Assembly: GCF_006345805.1 (NCBI RefSeq)
Contig: NC_042997.1
Location: 206,212,001 to 206,276,000, forward strand
DNA length: 64,000 nt
Direction of reading: 5' to 3'
Origin: Octopus sinensis
Taxonomy: Eukaryota
Positions 48,051 to 60,886 of the stretch are shown here, piece by piece. The translations under genes and the position numbers were made by a program. Each line of letters begins with the position of its first letter. Position 1 is the stretch's first letter. The notes beneath the pieces are model-generated. The model saw only the letters and a list, made by a program, of their open reading frames with translations. It was not told the DNA's origin and did no database searches.

Positions 48051-50687
48051 AATTAAAATTTTACGGCAAGTGACGATCTTCTTCAAATCTGAACAAATAC
48101 ACGTACCACTGGAAGTTGTTCTTGAACTTGTTGCAAGCAACAGCAGTAATTGTATTCACCTCAATAGATAAATATATTTAGCTTTTTAAGGAGGGATATA
48201 TAATGATAAAACCGTCACTTATAAGTGTTATCATTATAAGTAAATCCTAACTCCAGCTACATAAACGCCATAGCAAGAAATATATTTTCTGAAAGGCTAA
48301 CAAACATTCTATGCGTGCATGTATGTTAAATATTAATTACTTCGTGTTCTTTTAACTGCTATAAAAAAAAAATACAGTTTCATAATTATAGAAATACATT
48401 CATTATTAAGTTGAAGAATGTGAAGAAAGAGAAAATAATTTCTACATTATTTTATTATATACATATAGCATTTTTAATATTTATAAACATTTTGAAACAT
48501 AGTAATTTTGTTGTAGAGAATTACGACCTAATATTTTAGCTATCTAATTCCTCATTCTAGCTATTATAAATCTCAACAATTCAAACAAGTCTTGTTAGAT
48601 TTTTCATGGACATGGCATAAAAAATAACCAATGTCTCAAAGGAATGAGTGTCGTGGAGTTTAGTTACATCCAACCAACACTGAAGTTTTTCCCAAAATCC
48701 AGGGTTTTTATAACTGCTCAACTTGACTTTAAAGAATCGAAATCGCATACAAATATTCTTAGAATTCCTGTATAAGCAGTTATATTAACCAATGGAAAAA
48801 CATATTTCTTCGGCAATATGACATTACATCATATTGCCAGCTACCACAAATTGGTGCTACTATTTGAAAATGGCTACACGCTACAACTATATCAGAATTT
48901 GAAAAAATATATGGTAGGCACACATGTATAAATGGGGGTAGGTTGGAAAGTTAGTAACCAGGGCAAAATGAGTAACTTCTGATTTCTCATTATTTTCTTC
49001 CTCCCTGTGTGAAATCCCTTACTTTGTAAGCATTGCATCACCATTTTGTATTGCTACATTATACTTGAGGATAAAAACTGGTTGTTGCTGTTGAAGTTGT
49101 GGAAGTACAAAGCATAGTCAAGGGGCAGGTCCCCTTTTTTTTTTGTCAAGAAATTTCTCTTCAACTGTGACCCAATTGTAATTGAGGTTGCTAATAAAAT
49201 ATCTGGATAATTTTTCATGCTAAACAATATTGATTTCTCTGCTGGATTCCAAGTCAATTTTTCCCCACACTAATGTCTAATTTGATAATCTTCAAGTTTC
49301 CCAAAAGTTACAACGAGTAATGACTAATTTCAGTAATTTCTTCTCTTTAACTGCATGGTGGGTAAATGTATCACGAACAGAACATTCCAGCAGATCGTGA
49401 AGAAGAAGAAGAATATTTTATGTTGGGTTTTCTTATATTTAGTCTAATTTCATTAATTTCATATCCTGTGCCATTTTTTCCCTGATCCTCTTTCATTTGA
49501 TTTAGATTTTAAATGTTATTCTTTTGGCATGTCTGAATGTTTCTGATGTTTTCGGATGGATATTAATGTGTACGAGTCTGTTTTCTGAAGAACTGAAGCA
49601 GCACATAGTACCTTGTCTTACTCATTTTGTGGCAGCCTTTCATTTTCCAAATGAAATACAATTGGTGAAATTGAAACCAGAACTTTTGGCATTGTACAAC
49701 AGAAAGAACACCGATTTTTCCGTAAGTTGTAAGATAGTTGTATTTACAAAACATGTAAAACATCTGAATGAGGTTTATCAAGTGTATGCACAGGAAAATA
49801 AGTTGTCTAAATCTAATTTTAATGTAAATGTTTGTCTTTAATAATATGTTGCCTTTTAGAGTTTCATTACGAGAGAGAGGGGGGGAGGGGGAGAGACACT
49901 GTGTGTGTGTGTGTGTGTTGTAAGTTGGTTGATCAAAGCAGTAAGAGAGAATGTCTATTCATGTTATATGCACAAAGATTGGTAAAACAACCTCAAGCAC
50001 AGTCAACTTACTCCTAATTAAATTCAACTTTGAAGATTCTTTATGTAAAGCATTGGTAAGGCATCAAAGAATGGCTTGTTGAGAATTTGCTGAGCCTTGT
50101 TGATTGGCCAGTTGTAATCCAAAAGTTGCACATTAATCTGTTAAAAAACGAAACGAAAAAAGCAGCAGATTTTGGTTTCTTTGCTTTCCACATTTTAGCA
50201 GGAGTCACGGTGACTGGCATTGTGACAGGAGTACCACAACCCCAACGAAGCTATTGACCAATCACCATTGCCGTATTATGTGGTTCAAGACCAAGGTGTT
50301 GTGGGCAGAAAACACACTGGGAAAAGACTGTCCAACTACTGCACATCTTTCTCTGAACCTACTGCACACATATGCAGACTTCACTTGCTGATGGTAGACA
50401 CACTGCAGACTCACTTGCATTTTGAGCAAAATCATACAGAGCCCTTTGTCTTCACATTCCATGACAATACCTCTTACCAGCTTAAAAACTGGACAGTGTT
50501 TTTGCTTGCTGTCAACCATTGTCAACTGGTAAACATTTTGATCTTATAAACACAGGCATTTGTGCATTCATTTTCTATCACACGTTTGGCTAACACGTTA
50601 TTCAGATGACTTTGTTAAATGTGAAAATATCTTTTGTACATTCTCACAAACACATGTAAACCTTATTACCTTGCACAATGTGGTCAA

Positions 50688-50912
50688 TTAACCTTTTAGC
50701 GTTTAAACTGGCCATATCTGGCCCAAACATATAACATGTTTTATATTTAAACTGGAAAGATCCAGCCCCTAGAACACCTGCCCTACAATGTCATGCTAAA
50801 AAAATAATCACGTTATCACAATGTTTAAGCTATGAGATAATGGCATCGATTCAAAACAATGTGAATAGACAAGCATTGCATTTGGCTGAGGAATCTGAAT
50901 GGTAAAGGGGGG
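50688..50912. mobile_element. Degenerate piggyBac-type MITE
   Basis: ttaa-ccttttagc ... ggtaaaggg termini. Confidence 0.45.
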
Positions 50913-51072
50913 AGATGGATTCCGGTCTGAGTCCTGCCCAGTTGTTCTGATCTCTCTCTTAACTGTAATTATATGAGAGAGAAAGAGAGAGAGAGAGAAT
51001 TTACTTTGACAACAAATGATGTATTTAATACCTTAACGATGTTTTTCCTAATTATTTTCTTTTCATTTCCAG

Positions 51073-51107
51073 AGCAAAAATACCCGTTGAAATCATGGCG
51101 GAGAAAG
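51073..51107 (+). CDS. Putative start-codon micro-exon (ATG 51095; MAEK, phase-1 donor)
   Basis: Long pyrimidine tract, then tttcatttccag|AGCAAAAATACCCGTTGAAATC ATG GCG GAG AAA G|gtattt. Good Kozak context (A at -3, G at +4). The product cannot be identified from four residues. Confidence 0.5.
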
Positions 51108-51463
51108 GTATTTATTTATTTTTTAATCATAGTTTTGTAAAATTTTCTCTTTTTGACTTAAATTTTCAAAAATAAGACTTGTGAAAACTTACAGAAATAA
51201 AACCTTTACCCATCATCATCATCATCATAAAAATCATCATTACTTTAGCAGCCTCTTTTCCTTTGCTTGCATAGATAAGATGGAATCCATTGAAGCAGCA
51301 TTTTCTACGGCTGGGTGCTTCTCCTGTCACCAACCTTCAGCTGTTTCCAAGCAAGATAATATTCCTCTAATAACAAACATGTTTCTGTAGAAGATTGAAA
51401 ACAAAGGATGCTGCTTCTTTTGCCATGTCTCTCAGTCAATTAAATGATAAACACACACACATT

Positions 51464-51494
<31 letters not shown>

Positions 51495-51529
51495 CATCAT
51501 CATCATCATCATTTATATATATAGAAAAT

Positions 51530-51935
51530 AGAAAAGAGTGAAAAAACTACAGAAGGCTTGTTTTATAAGGTTAAAGAATATATTTAAGTCGTTATGTTAG
51601 AAAAATGTTAAAAAATTTTGCATATAGTAACATAGTTTTTGGAGAAATAACCGGTTTCGTGTAAACTTTTCAAATTTCTTTACCTATATCATGTCATGTC
51701 TTCCTTATGGAGTGCAAAGGAGAGTTCCAGGAAGGGGGAGGTAATAAAGGATTTCTTCCAGTATAAGGGAGATAATCGCTTTCTGTATCTATATATATAT
51801 ATGTATTTTTTATTTTTTTAAGGAGATGAGTTTCTCTGTATAAGAATGTTAGGATGGTTAAGTTCAGGCTTGTATTTTTCAATGAAGAATGTTTCCTTGT
51901 TTAATCTAATTTGTGTTGGTGTTCCAATAGCACAT
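51530..51935 (-). mobile_element. Penelope-like element 3' end (GIY-YIG C-terminus plus pLTR)
   Basis: QIRLNKETFFIEKYKPELN, typical of the end of PLE GIY-YIG domains; hammerhead remnant downstream. Confidence 0.65.
51643..51679 (-). ncRNA. Decayed minimal hammerhead in a Penelope-like terminus
   Basis: AGAAAU-UUGAAAA-GU(UUAC)AC-GAAA-C(CG)GUU-AUUUCU. Confidence 0.45.
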
Positions 51936-51957
51936 TTATATATATATATGTGTGTGT

Positions 51958-51994
<37 letters not shown>

Positions 51995-52001
<7 letters not shown>

Positions 52002-53240
52002 TTAGACTTGAAGAGCCTTTGAGTCAATGTAGCAAAGACCAAAAGTTCTAGTAAGTAGGAAGGCGAACACACCACACACCCTTCAGGTAGGTGGCCGTGC
52101 TCAATCTGTAGAAAAGGTGTAGGTAGAAACTCTATAAGAGGTACCCAGTGTAAGCTATGGACACATAAGAGGGGCAGCAACATCAAAGGAAGGTTAACCG
52201 GGAAGATGGTTTTGTGTGTTTCAGATGTACAGGTGCAATACACACCAAAGATGAACAGAAAATAGATTCCATTACACTCCTGGGGGAAAAACTAGAAGTA
52301 GTTGATAGCTTCCGCCAGCTAGGTGACCAAGTTAGTAGTGGGGGTGGATGATCAGAGAGTGTTACCACTAGATTAAGTATAACCTGGGCAAAGTTTAGAA
52401 AGCTCCTACACCTACTGGTGACAAAGGGTCTCTTGCTCAGAGTGAAAGGTAGATTGTATGATGTAAGTGTGCATCATACAGTGAACATGGGCCATGACTG
52501 CAGAGGGCATGCATAGGCTCGAAAGGAATGTAGCTAGCATGATCTGCTGGATGTGTAGTGTCATTGTGCACACATGACAGAGTGTAAACACCCTGGGAGA
52601 AATATTAGACATAAGAAGCATCGGATGTGGCGTGCAAGAGACGTCTGCACTGGTATGGTCATGTACTGCGGATGGATGAGGAGAGATGTGTAAAGAAGTG
52701 CCGCTCCCAAACAGTGGAAGGAACTCAGGGTAGAGGGAGACCCAGGAAGGTGGTGAAGCATGACCTTTGAACACTGGGCCTTACTGAAGCAATGACGAAA
52801 GACTGAGACCTCTGGAGATATGCTGCGATTGAGAAGACCTGGCAAGTAAAATGAGATCACAGCTGTAACCTACACCAGTGCCGCATAACTAGCCCACTTA
52901 AAAGTACCTTGGATCGTAGGGTGACATGCTGGTAGCACGTAAAAAATACCATTCGAATGTGGCCAATACCAGTGTTATTTTGATTGGCTTCCATGCCGAT
53001 GGCACTTAAAAAGCACCATCCGATTGTGGTTGATGCCAACTCCTCTGGCCCCTGTGTCAGTGGCACGTAAAAGTTACCCACTCTACTCTCGGAGTGGTTG
53101 GTGTTAGGAAGGGCATCCAGCTATAGAAACATTACCAGATCAGATTGGAGCCTGGTGCAGCTATCTGGCTCACTAGTCCTCAGTCAAACCATCCAACCCA
53201 TGCTAGCGTGGAAAATGGAATTAAACGATGATGATGATGG
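51995..53240 (+). mobile_element. RTE family A fragment
   Basis: GRWPCSICRKGVGRNS, 3'UTR, (GAT)n tail. Confidence 0.85.
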
Positions 53241-53249
53241 TGAAAATAT

Positions 53250-54640
53250 ATCATCATCATCATCATTGTTTAACATCCGCTTTCCATGCTGGCATGGGTT
53301 TGACGATTTGACTGAGGACTGGTGAGCCAGATGGCTGCACCAGACTCCAATCTGATATGGCAAAATTTCTATAGCTGGATGCCCTTCCTAACGCCAACCA
53401 CTATGAGAGTGTAGTGAGTGCTTTTATGTGCCACTGGCATGAGGACCAGTCAGGCGGTACTGGTAAAGGCCACGCTCAAATGGTGTTTTTATTATGAGCC
53501 ACCTGCACAGGAGCCAGTCCAGCGGAACTGGCAATGACCTCGCATGAATGTTGTTTTTCACATGCCAGTAAGGTGATGCTGGTAACGATCATTTTCAAAT
53601 GGTACTTTTTATGTGCCACCAGCACGGGATCCAGCCAGCGACCCTGGCAACAATAATGCTCGGATGTTGCTTTAACATTCCACTGGCATGGTGCCAGTCA
53701 GGCAGTGCGAATTTGATTTCACTTGCCTCAACAGGTCATCGCAAGGAAAGTTTGGTGTCCAACAAAAGAAAGGTACACATAAGCAGGTTGCTTACACTCC
53801 TGGTATAGGCCACGGGTTATGGTCTCACTTGGCTTGCCGAGTCTTCTCAAGCACAGCATATTTCCAAAGGTCTCGGTCACTAGTCATTGCCTCTGTGAGG
53901 CCCAATGTTCAAAGGTCGTGCTTCACCACATCATCCCCTTTCTGGTTCTACTTCTTCCACAGGTTCCCTCAACTGCTAGGGTGTGACACTTTTTCACACA
54001 ACTGTCCTCATCCATTCACACCTCATGACCATTACAGCACTGTCATCTCTTTTGCACACCACATCTGATGCTTCTTAGGTCCAACGTTCCTCTCAAGGCG
54101 CTTACACTCTGTCGTGTGTGCACACTGACATTACACATCCAGCAGATCATACTGTCTTCATTCCTTGTGAGCTTACGCATGTACTCAGCAGTCACAGCCC
54201 CTGTTTCATTGCCATGTAGCATGGCAGTTCGTACACATGTGTCATACAGTCTATCTTTTACTCTGGGCATCCATTTAGCCCTGATCCTGAAGTTGCTAAC
54301 TCGTAGTCTATGCTGTGGGGTACATTATTTTCTGGGAAGGTTTTGGAACTTATAAGTAGCCATCTTTCCCATTTCCTGGTGAGGATGTAGTCAGTTTGAC
54401 TAGTGTGTCTACCAGATAGGTAGGTAACTGGCAGCCTGGTTCCCTCCTCATTGCGGGAACCAAAACCATAGCCTCCATGTATGCCATGGAAGCCCCCTGC
54501 ATGTTGTCCAACATGTCCATTGAAATCACAAGCCACAAAGAGAAGGTCTCTGTCATTCATCGATGAGGTATTCAGCAGGGTGTCATCTGGGCGGATACCG
54601 TGGAAGCTCTCAGTTATGTTCCAGGTTATGGCTAACCACA
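53250..54640 (-). mobile_element. RTE family A fragment (internally deleted)
   Basis: VACDFNGHVG endonuclease remnant joined to the C-terminus (AMLHGNETG) and 3'UTR. Confidence 0.8.
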
Positions 54641-54859
54641 TCGATTAGTATTTAACATCTGTTACTTCTATGAGTTGTCACTCATGCTGTAAATTCCTCT
54701 GATGAGTAATTTCGTGTTCACTGGATGGTAATATTATCTGGAGTGTATAGTAGCAGTAATTATAGCAAGAGAGAATATGGAGACAGGTACATTGTTAAAA
54801 GTGTGTGATATTGAAAATGAAACGAGTAAATTTGAAAGAAGCCAGGGAACTGAAATGCC

Positions 54860-55410
54860 AAATGGGCAAAGAATCAGAGCAGTTGTATAAGTATAGTGGT
54901 ATAAGTACTTGGGAATACTGGAAACAGACGAGATAAAAAATGGAGAAATGAAACAAATTACCAGTAGGGAGTTGACAAGGAGAGTCAGAAAATTATTGCA
55001 GTCAAAGCTGGATTCCAAAATTCAAGAGCATTACCCTTAATCAGATAAAGAGTTGGAATAATAGACAGGACCAGAAAAACAATATAAAGAAACTTGACAG
55101 AAAAACCAGGGAGTTGTTGACAATGTATGGGGTCAACCCACTCTCTGAAAGCAGATATGAACTGGCTGTACTTGAGGAGAGACCAGAGTGGAAGAGGCTT
55201 AATAAAAGTAGAAGAATGTATACAGATGGAAAGAAAAAGTCTAGTACAGTATTTTCAGAGCAGCACAGAAAAACTACTAAAAACAGTTAAGAGAGAATAG
55301 ATGATGAAGCGTGTAATAGGAGAAAAAGACAAGAACGAAATACAAAGAGAAAACGTCAGACATGGGAGAGAAACCTCTGCACAACCAATTATGGAGAGCC
55401 ACTGAAGATG
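54860..55410 (+). mobile_element. R4/Dong-clade fragment
   Basis: YKYLGILETDEIK...RRVRKLLQSKL. Confidence 0.7.
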
Positions 55411-55414
55411 TATC

Positions 55415-57320
55415 ATCATCATCATCATTGTTTAACGTCCACTTTCCATGCTAGCATGGGTTGGATGGTTCAACCAGGTCTGGGAAACCAGGAGGCTGCA
55501 CCAAGCTCCAGTCTGATCTGGCAATGTTTCTACAGCTAGATGCCCTTCCTAATCCCAATCACTCCATGAGTGTAGTAGGTGCCTTTTACGTGCCAGGGGA
55601 GACTGGCAACGGCCATGATCGGTTGGTGCTTTTTACATGCCACCGGCATGTAAGCCAGTCAAGGCAGCACTGGCATCGGTCATGTTTGGATGGTGCTTTT
55701 TACGTGCCACCAGCACAGGTATCACAACTACAATTTCCATTTGATTATTTGATGTTGATTTACTTGACTCAATAGGTCTCCTCAAGCACAGCAGGTCGCC
55801 CTGCGATCCAAGGTAAGCACAGCAGGCCATCCTGCGACCCAAGGCACTTTGGATGGGCTGGGGCTTCTATGTGAAGCTGGTGCAGGAAACTGCCATGAAC
55901 TCACGTTATTTGTCGGGTCTTCACAGTCACAGCGCATCTCCAGAGGTCTCGGTCTTTTGTCATTGCCTCTGCTAGTCCCAATGTTTAATGGTCATACTTG
56001 TCCACCTCATCCTATGTCTTCCTGGGTCTACCTCCACCCCGGATTCCTTCAACAGTTTGGGAGTGGCATATCACTCATCTCTCCTCTTCCATCCATAGTA
56101 CATGACCATACCAGCGCAGATGTCACTCTTGCATGCTGCATTCGATGCTTCTTGTATCCAACATTTCTCTCAGGGCACTTACACTCTGTTGCGTGTGCAC
56201 ACTGACATTACACATCCAGCAGATCATGCTAGCTTCATTTCTTTCAAGCCTACACATGTCCTCTGCAGTCACAACCCATGTTTCACTACCGTGAAGCATG
56301 GCAGTTGGCACACATACGTCGTACAATCTACCTTACATTCTGAGTGAGAGACCCTTTGTCACCAGTAGGGGTAGGAGCTTTATAAACTTTACCCAGGCTA
56401 TTCTTAATCTAGTGGTAACGCTCTCTGAGCATCCACCCCCACTACTAACTTGGTCACCTAGGTAGCAGAAACTATCAACTACTGCTAGTTTCGCCCCCAG
56501 GAGTGTAATGGAATCTGTTTTCTGAGTATCAATGGTGTCTATTGCACCTGTGCATCTGCCGCACACGAAAGCTATCTTCTCGGTTAATTTTCCTTTGATG
56601 TTGCTACACCTCTTATGTGTCCATAGCTTACACTGGGTAATCTTATGGAGTTTCTACCCACACCTTTTCTACAGATTGAGTAGGGCCACCTACCTGAAAG
56701 GGTGTGTGATGTGTTTGCCTTCCTACTTACTAGAACTTTGATCTTTGCTACGTTGACTCTAAGGCCTTTTGATTCTAAACCTAGCTTCCACACCAAAATT
56801 TATTTTCTAGTTCCGGTAGTGATTCTGCTATGAGGGCCAGGTCATCAGCATGGAGAAGCTCCCAGTGGCAACCTGTTTTGAATTCCTCTGTTATTACCTG
56901 GAGGACTATGATAAATAAAAGGGGACTGAGGGCTGAACCTTGGTGAACCCCTACTTCTACCCAGAATTCTTCACTATATTCGTTGCCAATCCTAACCTTA
57001 CTAATGGCCTCTCTGTATTAGGCCAGTACAACCCTTATTAACCATTCGTCAATCTCCAGTTTCTGCATCGCCCACCAGATAAGGGATCAAGGGACCCTCT
57101 CAAAGCCTTTCTCAAATCCACGAAAGCTAAGTAGAGGGGTTTATCTTTAGCTAAGTATTTCTCCTGCAGTTGTCGAACCAGGAATATGGCATCAGTGGTG
57201 TTTCTACTTGGCACAAAACCAAACTGCATCTCATCTAAGCAGACTCTCTCCCTAATGAGATGGGCTATGACCCTCTCCATGACTTTCATCACCTGATCCA
57301 GCAGTTTGATACCCCTATAA
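55415..57320 (-). mobile_element. RTE family A copy
   Basis: YRGIKLLDQVMKV, QFGFVP, AMLHGSETW; (CAT)n tail at 55415. Confidence 0.88.
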
Positions 57321-57429
57321 TAAAAATCCTGGGCTTTGTTAAAAAAGGACAATTGAAACAAGAAACACAGAGCCTAATTGTAGCAGCCCAAGATAAAGTG
57401 ATAAAAGCAAACAACTTTATATTTATGGT

Positions 57430-58050
57430 CATTACAACCTACACGTGTTTCCACTGCACAGATTACAGACACAATTTTCGGTGCAGCTTCTTCAAGTTTT
57501 GTCCATCTGGATAGTTTCAAAGTGAACTGAGTGGAGTTAGTTGTTTGTTAGTTAGAGTTCAGGAGGAGCGAGGGTTGAAACTGAAATCTGATCTGTGTGA
57601 TTGTCTTCAGATCTATGTCAGCTTTTTGTCTAATGATGTCAAGGTTGATGTTACTGTTTTCATAGGGCTCTTTGTGTATTGTAGTAGTTGGGTACACTGG
57701 AGCTTTGCTTTCAAGTTCAGTACTTGTAGTGTAATGCTTTTAGTTGTTCATATATTCATTTTCTTGGTTGTGTTGTTAACGATTTGTGGTATACATTGGA
57801 TGGAATATATGCTAGGTGTGTTAAGGACAGCCATGAATATTTTTGATTTTAGGATATGTTTGTCTATCCATCCTTTCACATTGGGTTATCTAGAACTTTC
57901 TTTAAATTCCTTAAATGATTTGTTGTGTGTATGTAAGCACCTTAAGGCCTGTTCAAGTCTGGTATTAAGTAGATTGTTTCTCAATGTAAATATTTGGTAT
58001 AATTCTTCTATACATTGGTCACATCTACTGCCTACCCAATATGTTTAGCT
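57430..58050 (-). mobile_element. Penelope-like remnant ending in a hammerhead
   Basis: AC-rich coding-like minus strand terminating in the HHR at 57434-57502. Confidence 0.45.
57434..57502 (-). ncRNA. Decayed type I hammerhead at a Penelope-like 3' end
   Basis: UUGAAGA, GCUGCAC/GUGCAGU stem II, GAAAC-ACGU-GUA; stem I imperfect. Confidence 0.5.
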
Positions 58051-58464
58051 GTACTAATTATTTTCCATTCCAAAGAATAGCTGTGGTTCATATCTTTAAT
58101 TAAGCAGATTAGTTTGCCTAGGACTAATACTATTCATGTTATTTCTATCCCAAAATGAATTTAAGTGATTGGCCAGCCTACTCTTGAAATTAAGAGAACT
58201 GACCCCCTATGTAGAAATACATCTTTCCTTTAGAATTGAGTTTGCATCTATAGACTAGGTTCTTCATCAAACATCTTGGTCTAATGGGAATACTTCAGTA
58301 TGCCCATTGAACTCAAGATGTTTGATACTTAGTACAGCTAAACTGTATTGAGCAGGACAAAAAAGATATGAGTCATGTGTAGAAGAAATGTACTCTCTGT
58401 GCATACATTAGTATGCCATCACTAATTGTGTATAGGTTCATGTCTTGCTTTCATTTTGCACCAG

Positions 58465-58847
58465 TCCTGGTATTTTGAGGATGAAAGCTTTAATGTGTAG
58501 CTATATGTACTGGCCAAAATTGGATAGAAAAATTGAAAATTTAGTGAAAAGCTGCAGATGATGTGCTCTAACAGCAAAATTATTTAGATGATAAAAGGTG
58601 AACCTTGGCCAAAAGTAGATGTTCCATGGTTGAGACTACACATTGAATTCACTGGTTCCTTAAATGTTTCATACTACTTAGTGGCGGTTGTTTGTGAGAT
58701 TTGGTACCCTAGACACAGTAGTATCTGACAATGGAATAAAATTTGTGTGCTTTGAATTTTAAAAATTTTGTGAAACATTTGCAGTAGAACATGTAACTAC
58801 AGCACTATACTATCCCAAATCTACTCAACTGGCAGAACGCTTTCTCA
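58465..58847 (+). mobile_element. Gypsy/Ty3 LTR retrotransposon integrase remnant
   Basis: PGILRMKAL..YMYWP..IENLVKSC; WPKVDVPWLRLHIEF; TVVSDNG..F..EF..FC; AERF. Confidence 0.85.
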
Positions 58848-58859
58848 TATCACCACAAC

Positions 58860-60835
58860 CTGTAATGGTTTTGAGCAAGTCTAAGGCAGTCTTCCACACT
58901 TATCTCTCCTCTTCCTGTATAGGCGATCAGTGGATGATGGGCTCCATGCATCATTAGGGGCTTACTTAACTTCCTGTCCATCATTAGGGGCTTACTTAAC
59001 TTCCTGTCCACTTCAGGATTCCAGGGCCATACTGAACTACTGCGACTGTGCACAAGTTTATTGCCGAAATTATGTTTCTAACATTCAGCTTTGAAGCCAG
59101 TACTTTTCTCACTCACCGCAGGTACTCTCTTTTTGTCTTTCCCTCCATGTCATTGTGTCTGATTCCATCTGCCTCAAGTATTCCCTTGTAATCATAGTTG
59201 GATTGAGGTTGAATTGCCTTCATCATTTTACCACTTGGTAACCATATGCCTTCTGTCCTGACAAGCTTTCCTCATCTCGTCACCTTTGTAGCACATTTTG
59301 AGAGTCCATCTTAATATCATTGGAGAAAATCCGCACAGACTGGACTAGGCTGTCCAGTTCTGCCTCAGGTTTTGAAAATAGTTTCAGGTCATCCATCAAC
59401 AGTAAGTCGTTCAGTTTTTCCATACCTCTTCCCAGATCATACCCCAACTTTGTTTTCTGTAGCATTTCATTCAAGAGGATCATTCCGAGTGCAAAGATCA
59501 GTGGGGACATATTGTCCCCCTGGAAGATTCCTCTCTTGATTTTCACCTTTCCTAATACTTGATTCTCTGCTGTCAATTCCATTTTCAACCATTTCATATT
59601 GTTCCATATAAGGCTTCTCATATTCTCTGCTACTCCATACATTTCCATTGTTCTTATTATCCAGGAGTGTGGTATCATATCCTATGCTTTGCGATAGTCG
59701 ACCCATGCCATGCTCAGATTTGTGTGTCTTCTCTTGCATTTCCTGATAATTAGATTAGCAATCAAGAGCTGATCCTTCATTTCCTGGCTCCTTTTACGGT
59801 TCCCTTTCTGTTTAATGGGTAGCAGCCCACTTTTTCCCAAGCATCTGTACAGTTCAGCAGCCAAATTACCTGACATTAGTTTCCACGTGAGCAGAAAGCA
59901 TGTTATTGTTCTAAAGTTGGATGCAACATTTCCCTTTCCAGGATCCTTGGCACATAACAATGTCTTTCCCTTTGTCTTCCAGCTGGGTACTGCACCTTCC
60001 TGCGAGCACTCATCTAGCTGTTGCACTCTCCTTTGATGGATCCCTCTCAGTTTCTTCATCCAATAATCTGGAACCCCATCCAGTCCTGGGCTCTTCCAAT
60101 TTGGGAATTTTCTTAACTGCTTTTTTATCATTTCTGTAGTTATTTTTATGTCTTTTTTGCCTTCTATATTTCTTAACCTATCTTGGATTTCATGCAGCCA
60201 CTCTGCTTCATTATTATCATCTGCAGGTTGGTCCCAGATCTCTCTCCAGAATGCCCTACTTTTCTCTGCTTCTGGTATCATTGTTATGTGTAATTGCCCA
60301 TCCAGTTCCTGAAACAGTTACTTCTCATGTGCTTCTAACAATCTGTTCTGCTTGAATTATTTTCTTCTATCTTTCCTGTTTTGCTTTGATTGCTCCAATT
60401 CTTTGTTTCATTTCTTCCAATATCTCATCATACAATTTATCTCTTATTCCATCTGTCCTTTCCAGCATCATTCTTATACTTTCATTCTGCAATTCCCCTC
60501 TTCTCAATCTATCAACTTGTCCTAAATGTCTTTGTCCTTGCAAATTCCTCGACACCAGAACGGTTCTTTACGTTCTGTTTGTTCTTTCCTTTTCTATCCA
60601 ATTCTATCTGCAGCAACAGTTGCTGCACCCCAAATAATCTTGTTAGTTTCAGTGATATTTTTCGTATGGAACAGCCCAAGAACTGAATCTATCTTTTCAG
60701 TTTCAACCTTGATCTTGCATTGGTCAACATACCTCAGATTGCGTTGGGGTACTTGGTCTTCTCTAATATATTAGCACCGTATCCTCACTATGTCTTGATG
60801 GTTATCATTGTATTCTTATGTCATAACTCTTCCTT
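58860..60835 (-). mobile_element. R4/Dong-clade retrotransposon, degenerate, adjacent to (TAA)n
   Basis: FWREIW, NWKSPG.DG, NFRTITC, AWVDYRKA, GIFQGD, LLMDDLKL; 30-bp tandem duplication at 58951-59010. Confidence 0.88.
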
Positions 60836-60851
60836 ACTATGATTATTATTA

Positions 60852-60886
<35 letters not shown>

